Assembly: GCA_965235115.1 (NCBI GenBank)
Contig: OZ249436.1
Location: 53,198,001 to 53,262,000, forward strand
Direction of reading: 5' to 3'
Length of the DNA: 64,000 nucleotides
Source of the DNA: Laetmonice hystrix
Lineage: Eukaryota
Positions within the stretch are counted from its first letter, which is position 1; each line of letters begins with the position of its first letter. The notes beneath the pieces are model-generated. The model was not told where the DNA came from. It saw only the letters and a list, made by a program, of their open reading frames with translations, and did not search any database. Below are positions 28,852 to 39,228 of this stretch, piece after piece. The position numbers were made by a program, and so were the translations under genes.

Positions 28852-30379
28852 ATGGGGAAGGCGCTGAGAGCCAAGACCAGCAACCAGTCCAGTAACGTCA
28901 AGCAAGAGTCGGTCTCGATGGCCAACCTGGAGGTGGTGAGCGCAGAGGACTTCCAGCTCCGCCTGGACGGAATGTCTTCGTGTCTGGACTGCCTCAAGGA
29001 GCGCGCCAAGACGACCAGCATGGAATCGCGCGGCCGCAAACGGAGGAGGTCCACGAGGATACGCCTCAACTCACCCATCGTCGTCCGCTTGCAGGACACG
29101 ATCAAGGTGAGCGTCAAGAGTAAACTTCGACCCAGCCCGAAGTCCTCCGACCAGGAGTCGGAAGAGCCGAGTTCGGATGAGAGCAGCCCAGTACAGAGGC
29201 ACCGCGGTCGCCAGCCGACGCCTACATCGTCGGCCGCCGGCAGCAGAGGACGGTACAGGATCCATGGGAGTCAGAAGTCCTCCAACCTCGGCACCAAGTG
29301 GCCGGCGTCGCTGGCCTCGTTCAGTAACGACAAGAACTTCAACGCCTTCCTGTCCGCCATCGAGCGGGTCCACCAGAAGGACCGCTCCGCCATGTTTTGC
29401 CTGGAGAACCTCGAGGAGTACGTCCGTCTGACAAACGACAAGTCCACGGCCCTCTTCTTGAACAATTCCGTCAACTGCCGTGGCAGTGTCACGGACAAGG
29501 AACAGTCGGCCCGCAACCTTCGCCGGAGCCTGGAGCTGATCGCAGGGGACAATGTGGACCTTATCTGTAACGACCTCAGCAGCAAGAACTCGGCGGTCGA
29601 CAGCGACGAAACGTCCGAGGACTCGGAGCCCTCGGAACAGTCGTCAGTGATCTCCAGCTCCGAGGACCTGATCACCGAATCCGACCTGAGCTCTGGAAGC
29701 GAGTCTCTGGTCGAAGAACTGTCGCAAGATGAATTAGACAGGTTGACCAATTACACCACAGGTTTCCCACTGACTAAATATGACTGCCCGCCCTATGACT
29801 GTCCCGAGTGCCTTGCCTTCGTTGCCTATGCCCAGTATGCCAACTGTGACTACTACAAAGTGGACAGCATTGAGCGAGATGGCGCTGCCACGGACTCCGA
29901 GTACGGGGAAGAGGTTGCCGGGGCGGAGGCCTCCGTCGCTGTTGAGGCCGACCCTCCGTGCGAGGTCACAGTGACAGGGGTTGGTAGGGTGACCGTCTCC
30001 GTGGCCAACCTGTTCGCCGCCCGTACCAAGCGGAGTCGGAGGACCTTCTCTTGCCCCAACTCGGTGTATGTTGACTTGACGGACACGGACGTCTCGCTGT
30101 CCATCCAATATCACCCAGAGGCGGCCGTGGGGGAACACACCCACCAGCAGGTGTGTGGGGACTGGGGAGTGTGTTGGTACCCGGTGTGGGCCGGCCTGGG
30201 CCTGGCCATGCCCTGGCCAGCGCCTTACTACATGATGCTCATGCCCGTACACTGGCTCCCGTACACGGTCCCCTACCCCTCCATCTACTCCAACCCCAAG
30301 CCTATCTGCGTACCCAGGAACCTCAGGTGCCTTAACTCACAGCGACTCTGCATGGTCCCTGCCCATGAAATCAAAAACT
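28852..30379 (+). CDS. CNOT6: Large alternative N-terminal coding exon (509 codons +1 nt) of CNOT6/CCR4, in place of the LRR domain
   Basis: Longest ORF in the window, GC3-rich codons that give way to AT-rich sequence after AAC T|GTAAGC; phase 1 matches exon 37993, giving ...HEIKN-F-TASQPPQRPW; predicted 901-aa product. Confidence 0.7.
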
Positions 30380-31617
30380 GTAAGCCATTACTTTTTCTTG
30401 TTTCACTCAAATTTACCTGCCTTGTTTACGAAGCCACTCTGGCATAAATAATTCCCCACTCAGAATGCCAAGCTCTTCGCACTTCTTCGTTTTTTGTTCT
30501 ATTTAATGTTTATGTCTTCTTGCTTCTTGTTTCCTTTTACCTGGCGAATAGGAAGCCCATAATGTGCTAACCTAATCGGCTGGGTCACATTAATGGAGGA
30601 AATGCTATTGGTGGCTAGTGAGGAAGCCCTGCAGGTTAATAATATATCCTTACACATGGTACCGTATACTGCTGTACGATACCGATAGATGGCCACTTGT
30701 AATTATTTACTATTCCAGGTCCTACTTATAGCTATACAGATTCAGCAGCATGCATATTTAACAGTCGGGCTTAGGCGGCTCCTCCTAAAATAACTACTTA
30801 GTGGCCGTGTGGACAGTGTGTACCGGCGTACAGTAGATAGCCACCCTCGGCGTTGTTACCTATTACAGTGCATGTCGGTGAGGTTATAAATGTTGCCCTA
30901 TTAATCGCCGGTACAAGGCTGTCCAGGCCCCAACGGGTCCTGGCACCTAACTTTCCTAAGGCCAGCCACTGGCAGCCTGCCAGCCAACCAGCCAGCCACC
31001 ACTATCATTGCACACGGCCTTGGAAGTATTGGCTCCAAAGACGTGCCTTTGGCCATCTCTTATTTCCCCAAGGGTTGGGAAAGAGTGGGGGTGGACAGTC
31101 GGTAAGCTGTAGACAACAGTTCTGATAGACACTCAGAGTAACAACCTTTGCTAGGAGTGAGGGAAGCCGACGCAGCATGATTGGGAAGGGACTGAGTGTT
31201 GACTTTTTGGAGCTGTAACTCATGTCCCCAGTACTCGGCCACTGACTACTAATGTGGGGAAATATTTAATAAGCCGATATAACGTGGGAATGGAAAAAAT
31301 AAGTTAATCCCACTAGCACGGATATTATTGACAGTGACCGATCCAGCTCAGGTCATGCCAACACACTAACCTTGATATGTGATGTATTTACTACCGTGAT
31401 TCGGTGTCAAATTATGATCTGAGAAACATTCCACAAGAACTTTTTTTTTAAAGTTTGATAGAAAAAAGTACCGGTTAGTTACGCTAGACGTAGAGTCTGC
31501 CAACGCGAGATTACTGTGTGAACAAATCTTTAGAAGATCCGTCTCGTCCCCCTCGAGCTGGGTGAAAGAGAGGGTAAATTTCGCAAACGTTTTTGCCTGT
31601 CAAGAGTAACGGGGTAC

Positions 31618-32255
31618 TAGTCCATTTGCCAAAAGGGGTAATCTATGAATCTCAAAGTTTTTTGATGGATTCATATTCTATGGGCCACCCTGAAGCATTT
31701 CTGATTGGTTGTCCCCATGACAATTAATCTTGGGCAACTTTTCCATATGCAAATAGGGACAAATATTTTTGTATTTAAATATGCAAATTAAGGTCCCCAT
31801 TTCCGGAAATTCTACATTCTTGAATAACTTTACAATTATGCAGGCTATTGCGATAAAATGGGGGTCTAGGCCTAGGGTTTTGAGGTCAAGGATTACGATA
31901 AAGGCATTTTTAAAGTTGTACGCCGATTAATTATGCAAATTACGGCAGTTATTACGGAAAATCCGACTTTGGTCAATATCCTTGGAATGGTTCCTGTTAT
32001 TTTGTAAAGGAGCTCATCTAGACCCGGGTTTCTAAGGTCGAGGTACGGGGGTATATGGACTTCCGAACCCTGCGGAGAAGTTGTGAAGATGATTATGCAA
32101 CGCAAGCATCGTAAGTTGCATATTCAATAAGTTGCCCAAGGTTGTCATGGGGACAACCAGTCAGAAATGCTTCCGGGTGGCCCACAGATTATGAATCCAT
32201 AACAAAACTGGTAATATAGAAAATTTATAGGTTACTCCTTTTGGCAAATGGACTA
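31618..32255. mobile_element. Non-autonomous DNA transposon with ~120-bp imperfect TIRs (TAGTCC...GGACTA; Academ-like ends)
   Basis: tagtccatttgccaaaagg..gggccaccc..aagcatttctg..ggttgtccccatgacaa..ttgggcaactt is mirrored at 32129-32255. Confidence 0.75.
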
Positions 32256-33596
32256 CATCGCTTACGATCCCTGCGGAGAAGTTATGAAGATGATTATGCA
32301 ACGCAAGAATCGTAAGTCCTCTACATATTTTCCGCATCGTATTTTCACCACAGTCGTAAATATACGGAACATATACGGACCACATACGGAAGAAATCTGA
32401 CAATTTATTATACAACGAGCCCATTGTCCAGTACCCACTTTAGAAAGAAACCTGCGTGAAAGTGTGATCCTCTTGCAGCTGCAACAGATAAATGATATGC
32501 TAAGTACATAAACATGACAGAGACCTCCTCACTAGGTTTTATAAAATTACTTAGCCTCAGGGGGATGGATTAGAGCCAAAGCTAGCAAATGACTACAATA
32601 ACATTTTTACTTTTTCTGGCTACCTGGGCCAGTGTGGGTATTGTCAGTCACTTGCCACAGGTCGGTGGTCTTGTCAGGGTATAACAGTTTCCTCTACATA
32701 TTATTATGAGTAATCTAGTGGAACTAATTCGCACCATTAAGGTACCGGTATTGAAGCACTGAATTCTCTCCGATGTTGTATAATATTTAGATTACAACAC
32801 CAGTTTGTTTGCTAACAGTCGTAAGATAAGTGACCTTGTCGGTCTTTGAACCAGGATTTAATGGAAACATTGTTCTACTGGGTAAGATGATGTAATAATT
32901 GACCGATGCTCATCGACATCGACATAGGCGACTCAGACTGTATTTTGTTCTGGTAGTTTAGACCAGGCTCGGTGATTTAGGTTGTCTCCTCAAGGGAACC
33001 GGACGGCAGTCGGAGTTCCGTGTCTGAATGAAATGTTGAAAAGATAGTGACTCAGGAGAATGTAATTAAAGAGATGGGGGAGGGGGCGTCCTGTTTCCAC
33101 AATGGAGAAACGGAAACCCCCAGATATCCGAATGTTGGAGAGCCAAGTGGAAGAGTATGAGGTGACTACGATCATGAATAACAATTCCAAATCCATTAAC
33201 CCATTTTCTGGGCTCTATGTAAGAGGGTGAACACCAAGTGCAGCTCTCAGGGATGTCACCTTCAACTGGCATTGAGTGAAATTTGTCCATAGAATATTTA
33301 AAGTGGTTGGGGGATTGTGTTTGATAATCCCACAAAGCAGCAGCTGTAGGTCTTGAATACCGGTAGGTTTTTGGCCGTGCCAGCATGGGTCAATTAGGAC
33401 CGTTCCGGGTCAAACATTACGATGAACTCTGTCTTTATCATCACATTATGGCACGTGGTGGAGGAATGAGGCATGCGGGGAATAACTTAAGTGGGACTGT
33501 ACTTCACAAGAGGAAACGGCCCGTAGATTGTTAGAAATATTAGGACAGAATTTCTATAGCCGTCGGGGTATGTATGCAGTCGTATAATAAGGTCAG

Positions 33597-33794
33597 GGGC
33601 CCGTTGCATAAAAAAATCCCCGCCCGCTCCGTTAAAATGCCCCGTTAAAATAGCGGGGACCTTTTAGGTGCCCGTTAATAAACAACAGTTAACGGGAACG
33701 GTAGCGGGTGGGAATTTATTATGCAACGCAACATCCCGTTAACTGACCGTTAGCGGCGGATTTAATGGGCGGGGATTTTTTATGCAACGCACCC
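33597..33794. mobile_element. MITE, ~28-bp TIRs, CAG target duplication (Harbinger-like)
   Basis: CAG|GGGCCCGTTGCATAAAAAAATCCCCGCCC ... GGGCGGGGATTTTTTATGCAACGCACCC|CAG. Confidence 0.85.
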
Positions 33795-36700
33795 CAGGTC
33801 TGTTAGATGCAGTTTGGGCAAGGACATAATTAACGAGATTTTTTTCATGTCATATTCTTCCTCCCGTCACTAACAATCAAAGGTCGGTTTTAAAAAGGTA
33901 CCCTGGACATTTGTTGAAATTCTGTACATATCCTAGTGTTTTTGAGACCCTGTGATAGGTTCTGAGAGGTATAAACTGAACAGAACTCATGTCTGACCTA
34001 AACAAAATGATTTTATGAGAAAACAGGTCAAGCGCGACGGGTCGTACTGTCCTTTTACTATCCAGTAAAGTACTTTTGATTGCGCGTTTATTCCTTTTTA
34101 TGACGTTGTAAACTCTATAGAATACGGTGGGGAAAAAAACTTGGCAGACGAAACTTCAACACAGGTTATGGGTGCCTTCAGAAGGCAGGCTAGATAAGCG
34201 AGCACTACAGTGCTGAAGTCATCAAGTTTTGACTGGTTGTCTGGGGGGGGGGGGATCCCGGGATTTATTGACCGTAACGATAGTGTTGAGGTGTCTGCCG
34301 CTCCGATCTCTCACCCCCAACATCCCTGGATCTGTGACGCCGTATATTTAGAGGAAATATCAGAATGGAGAGGTCGTGACCTGACACGATATCCTGACCT
34401 TGACATGCTCCCTTTAGAAATGGTGTCCTCGATCAAACTTGACCTCAGAAGAGTGCCGAGAACGCGTGAGGTGATAGCAAAGCCTGAGGTCAGTTTACAA
34501 AGCCGGAAAGCGTCCATTTTATAGCCCCGAACGGGACCAATATCGCCAGAATTAAAGTACCTCGGATTATCAAAACAATGTTTTTTATGACTGCTGTTTC
34601 AAGCGAACGTTAACAGTGTTGGAGAACTTCATGAAGGAGCAGTAATAGATGGTGGGCGAGCTAGTAAAATGTGATTTCCCAAGGACATGGAACTCCTTCG
34701 TGGAAATAATAACATTTATGATGATATGACCTTTATTAAATTGTCCTCATTCTCCGTGAAGCATGGAATTTATCGGACTGAATTGTAACCTGTCTGCCGC
34801 AGTCTGATTTTGCATGTGTAAGTGATAAGCGTGTGTGCACTTGTCAAACAGTCGCGAGCGTCGTTGGTGCCTGTAAGAGCTGGCGGGGTCAGGTGCTGGC
34901 CAGGCACCCACCCCCACCCCCACACCCACAAACTGACTGCTCACAAAGCCGAACCACGGCGGCCAGCTTAGCAACCACCCACCCACCCACGGGGTGAGCT
35001 GGGAACAGTCAGTCAGTGAAGTTCATGAATGGTCTGCAGTGGTTGGTGCTCAGTGACGTTATGTCATGTCAGTGGCATGCAGGTCCTGTACTGTGGTCAC
35101 TGAGTGCGGTTTCTGTCGGGGTATTACAGACGAAGCTAGGATTTCCCAACGACAGGGTGGTTACACACTGTAGACTTTAGAATCGAAGGCTATGATAAAG
35201 TGACACAGATTTGTCCATTATCTCTGTAAACGATCTGGAACCATCCTCTGGTGACGTTTGAGTCTGTATATGGTTTACTTCACACCTTGGTCCTTTGTTG
35301 AGACAACTCAGACTGAATCTTGGGCTCCATGTTTTACTTTAAGACATTATTAGTTTGCCCATTAAGTGCAAACATGGCAGACCCATAGCTGTCATTATGT
35401 CTGTATACCCCGTCTCAATCAATTAGAAATTGCATCTGGTCTTGATTATTTTCCTTTCAGCTAGAAACTTACTGGTGTTTATCTGTTTCTGGCAACCGAC
35501 GATCCGTATTTCTACAGAAAGAATGACCTTGGCTCCGGCGGCCCTAACTGTGCACCAGAGCTACACCAAGGCGGATCCCATCATGTATAGAAAACGTGGT
35601 CACAGCCCTGCTACTATTTAAATACATGTATAATGGTACCGGTGCTTCGCATGTTGTAACATAAATACACCAGTCATGCGTCTCGCTAATAAAAAAAACC
35701 TGGAAGTAAGTATCAATAGAGTTTCTAAGAATGTAATTAGGAAAGGAAATGAGCTCGCCGCGGTTTCTCCTGCTGGGTTTGATTAGCATATGTACGTGTA
35801 GCTCAGAAATGAACACTGCTTTTGTTGACAGAATATTTCTATAATTATCTGAGTTACCTTCGGGAAAGTTAATTGAGACACAGCGGGTGCGGGTTGTCGG
35901 AGGTTGATCAGAGGTCAGTTTGGAGAAATCTCTCTGTATGAGAGGAGGAGTGTGAGGGTGACAGCTCCAGCCTCCCGATTGGTGAACAATCCCAGCTTCA
36001 CTGACCGTCTGCTGAGGACACGGCCACCATGTGGTCGGTCAGCAACCCGTTGGTGACCTGAGTGTCCTGGGACCCCCTCCCCCACTCTGTGACTCGACAT
36101 GGACTGGTAGAGTGTTGGGAATGTGCAGGTGGGCGGCTGGTCAGTCAACTGCTCCTTCACCGGCTTCAATAACTTTAATCTCCAGTTACCACTACAATAC
36201 CAGTGCTCCACGAAGGCTGACTTGACCAATTAAACACGGATGTCAGTCAGGGGGGCGTATTTAAGCCAGTTATTGATGACTGTGAGAAAGTGGAGTGGTT
36301 GTGGAGTGATGGGCGGCGTAAAGGTGTTCTATATTACTGTTATCTCAGTAGAACCGTTTTATTCAAGCCCAACAAGCACCTTGTCAGAAAAAGAAGCGAA
36401 AAAGTGTAAACCTCAAATACAATTTGCGGTTTGCCACTCCGTCATTTCAAGTGAGGAAGGGATTTTGCGGTCGTTTTTAGGGATGTACTACGACAGAAGC
36501 AGACGGCCTAACCGTACGGCAGGCCGGCCAGGCTGTTGGCCGCCCCCCCCGGCATACACTGGCCAGTGGCCCCCGGTGGGGCCTCCCTCCCCCCAGGAGT
36601 ACCCTGGATACCGCCGGGCCGGGGACACAACCCTTGGACGGCCGGTACGCCCTGGGTTCCAGTTCTCCGAACGCCAAGCCATCTTTATGCTGAAGTAGGC

Positions 36701-37992
36701 GGAATCACCGTCAGTCAGACTTGGTGGAGTCCAAAACAATGTAATCTGCTTATAAAATTACCGGTGTCATGGGTTTATGATTCCAAGTGTATTTTACTGA
36801 AGTACAAAAAGCAGACTGAAATTGGCAATGGCACCCTAATGGACGGTGTCACGTCTGCCGTAGTTAACAGCTAAAAGAGGAGAATCCTTTTAGGCTGCAT
36901 TTTCTACTACTAGGTTATACTAATGAGCGTTGCTCACGTGAGGCGTGCGTTTTTATAGTGAAATCACTGATGTGGTGCAGTGTGTACAATAATTGTGAGA
37001 TGAACTTTGATCAAAAGGCTAAAGGTCGTCTCTAATGGTGTTATATGTATAAATCGAGTATTTCACCGTGACAATCGTAAAATACCGCTACACGTCGAAT
37101 ATCTGGGTACATTGTCATGTAGCTTTTTGCAGCATCCCAGGTGATAGCATGCTAGATTTAACTGGAGCATGAAAGAACCAACGAGGTCGGTTGTGGCGTG
37201 CTGTCAGCTAATGGGCGCAGCCATTGGCATGAGAACTAATGATTTAGGACTTGGAACCAGTACCAGTATACATGTACTACATGTATCACGTATGGATAGT
37301 GGGGAGAATGGGCTGTAACTGTTAGGACTAGGTAACCCATATTAAATCCCTTGTATTTTTCTCTCTCTCTTTCTCTCTATGAAGAAAATCGAACACAACG
37401 TTACTGTGGAGAAAAATGTTTTTTGTTACAATTAATGAACTCAATAGTTCACCATCTCTTACGGCTGTTAAGTGATGATTGGATCACCTTTGGACACGTC
37501 TTACGCAAGGATGATCTAAGGCAGAGTGACAGGGCGCCGAGTTTAAGAACATGGAAGGGCTGAGGTTGTCCACTACCAGGTGGTCGGGATGGCCAGGCTA
37601 TCCTGTTTGTCAGGTTTCGACAGTCGCTCCCCCATTCTTGAGTCGCTATCAAAAGCTCAAGTAATGCGTGTGTTCATCGTAGAATTTACTTCCAGTGGTT
37701 GGCTTTAGGTTTAAAACCAGTAAAGCATCACAGAAGAATATGTTGGTTTCCGTCATTTCTTTTCCTTATGATTGTTTGTACCCCCAGATGGAATCCGAGA
37801 GAAAATGTTTGCCGAATCCTGCATTTGGTGGATAAACAATGAAGGTTTTTTCTTTAGCAGTCGTACTGGAAAGAACTATTCTCCTGTTCAAGTTTTATAA
37901 CAGATACAAGTACACCGTACTCAATTTTTTTTATTTGTTCAAGGCTTTATGTCACCCAGTAAATTATTTTCCTTTTGTGTTTTATTTAACAG

Positions 37993-38061
37993 TCACAGCA
38001 AGTCAACCGCCTCAGAGACCTTGGATACCGCTAGCTCACCCAGAGCGCAACCGGCCAATTG
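37993..38061 (+). CDS. CNOT6: CNOT6/CCR4 first shared exon (TASQPPQRPWIPLAHPERNRPI), phase 1/1
   Basis: ttaacag| acceptor, |gtatgt donor; matches the conserved QPPxRxW linker before the nuclease domain. Confidence 0.9.
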
Positions 38062-38630
38062 GTATGTACCATTTAAAAAATATTTTCTTTTTTTACCCGT
38101 AATCTCCACCTGTACTTTCTTTTTTATATATACACTGTACTATATTACAGACCTCCCAACCCTTCCGAATTTGGCGAATATTTTCCGTTTTTTTACTGTT
38201 TTTCCTCTTTTTCGCCTTACCCTCTTATTTTTCCGCAAATCTTTTTCTGTCTCCAAATTCATGCATGCATCTCATGATGATTGTAAGAGTAAAGCCACCT
38301 CAGTACTTAGTGAGTTTCACTACATTCTAGCCTATGTCCGCTGGCATACACAGAACCGCAGTACAAATGTCTGTGGCCTCGTAAATTTGAAAAAAGAACA
38401 CATTTATTTGTATTTTGTCTATAATCACTTGGGAAAATCTCTTAGTTTTTGTATCATCAGAAACCTATTATCATGCCGCACCGCGACACATTGCTAATTA
38501 CCTCTATCGAGTAAATTCTGAGTTCTGAAATCCAAATGTTGGGAGCCCTGTATTATATATAATTTTTCATATTATCTCTAAGTAAAGAAATGGCTACCAC
38601 TTATGCTTCTGGCCAGAAAGAGTGTATCCT

Positions 38631-38924
38631 CAATCTAATTAAAATTAGATCTTGGTATTCCGCGTCCCTCTCGGCTGTTTCAGTGCTGTCTGCGCTCCAT
38701 ACCTAGATCTAAGGAAATCCCATTAGGGGTCACCTCAGGTTAACCGCTGGATTCAGCCAATCAGCGAGTCGCCTACGAAATCTTCGGTGTGCGCTCGTAG
38801 GCATTTTCAACGGCACACTTGAATCTGGGTCAAAGGGCAGCCTGAGGTGACCCCAGACGGGATGCCGTTAGATCCTCGTATGGAGCGCATGCGAAATAAC
38901 TAAGATGTAATTTTAATTAGATTG
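38631..38924. mobile_element. Palindromic MITE with 10-bp target duplication
   Basis: AGTGTATCCT|CAATCTAATTAAAATTA...TAATTTTAATTAGATTG|AGTGTATCCT; internal mirrored blocks (gcgctccatac, ggggtcacctcagg). Confidence 0.9.
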
Positions 38925-39107
38925 AGTGTATCCTGTTTCATGAAAAAGACCAAATCCATTTTTGGACATGATGATAAATCTTCAAATTGAATGAAACCCC
39001 TTGAATTGTATGACCATTTTGAAGGAGTGCTGAAAAAGAGCCAAAAATCATGTGACCTGATAATGTGCCCCTAAAAATAATTCTGGAGTGTGCACGTACT
39101 TATACAT

Positions 39108-39228
39108 GTGGTTTACTGATAGATGAGGAACCCACGTGCCTGCCCCCCCCCCCCCCCCCCGCCGTGGTTACTGATAGATGAAGAACCCACGTGCCTGCCC
39201 CCCCCCCTGGTTTACTGATAGACGAAGA
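39108..39228. repeat. Short tandem repeat (ttactgatagatga.gaacccacgtgcctg-polyC) x2.5
   Basis: Unit starts at ~39108, ~39163 and ~39207. Confidence 0.8.

Noticed and set aside
28539..30252. Long minus-strand and alternate-frame ORFs
   Set aside because: Shadows of the GC-rich plus-strand coding exon.
30380..30447. Last 22 codons of the 531-aa ORF
   Set aside because: AT-rich and downstream of GTAAGC; likely intronic.
35523..35711. Possible further first exon (MTLAPAALTVHQSYTKADPIMYRK)
   Set aside because: Phase-1 donors in this frame are poor, and the strong GTAAGT at 35706 is phase 0 for the nearest ATG; cannot be supported without RNA data.
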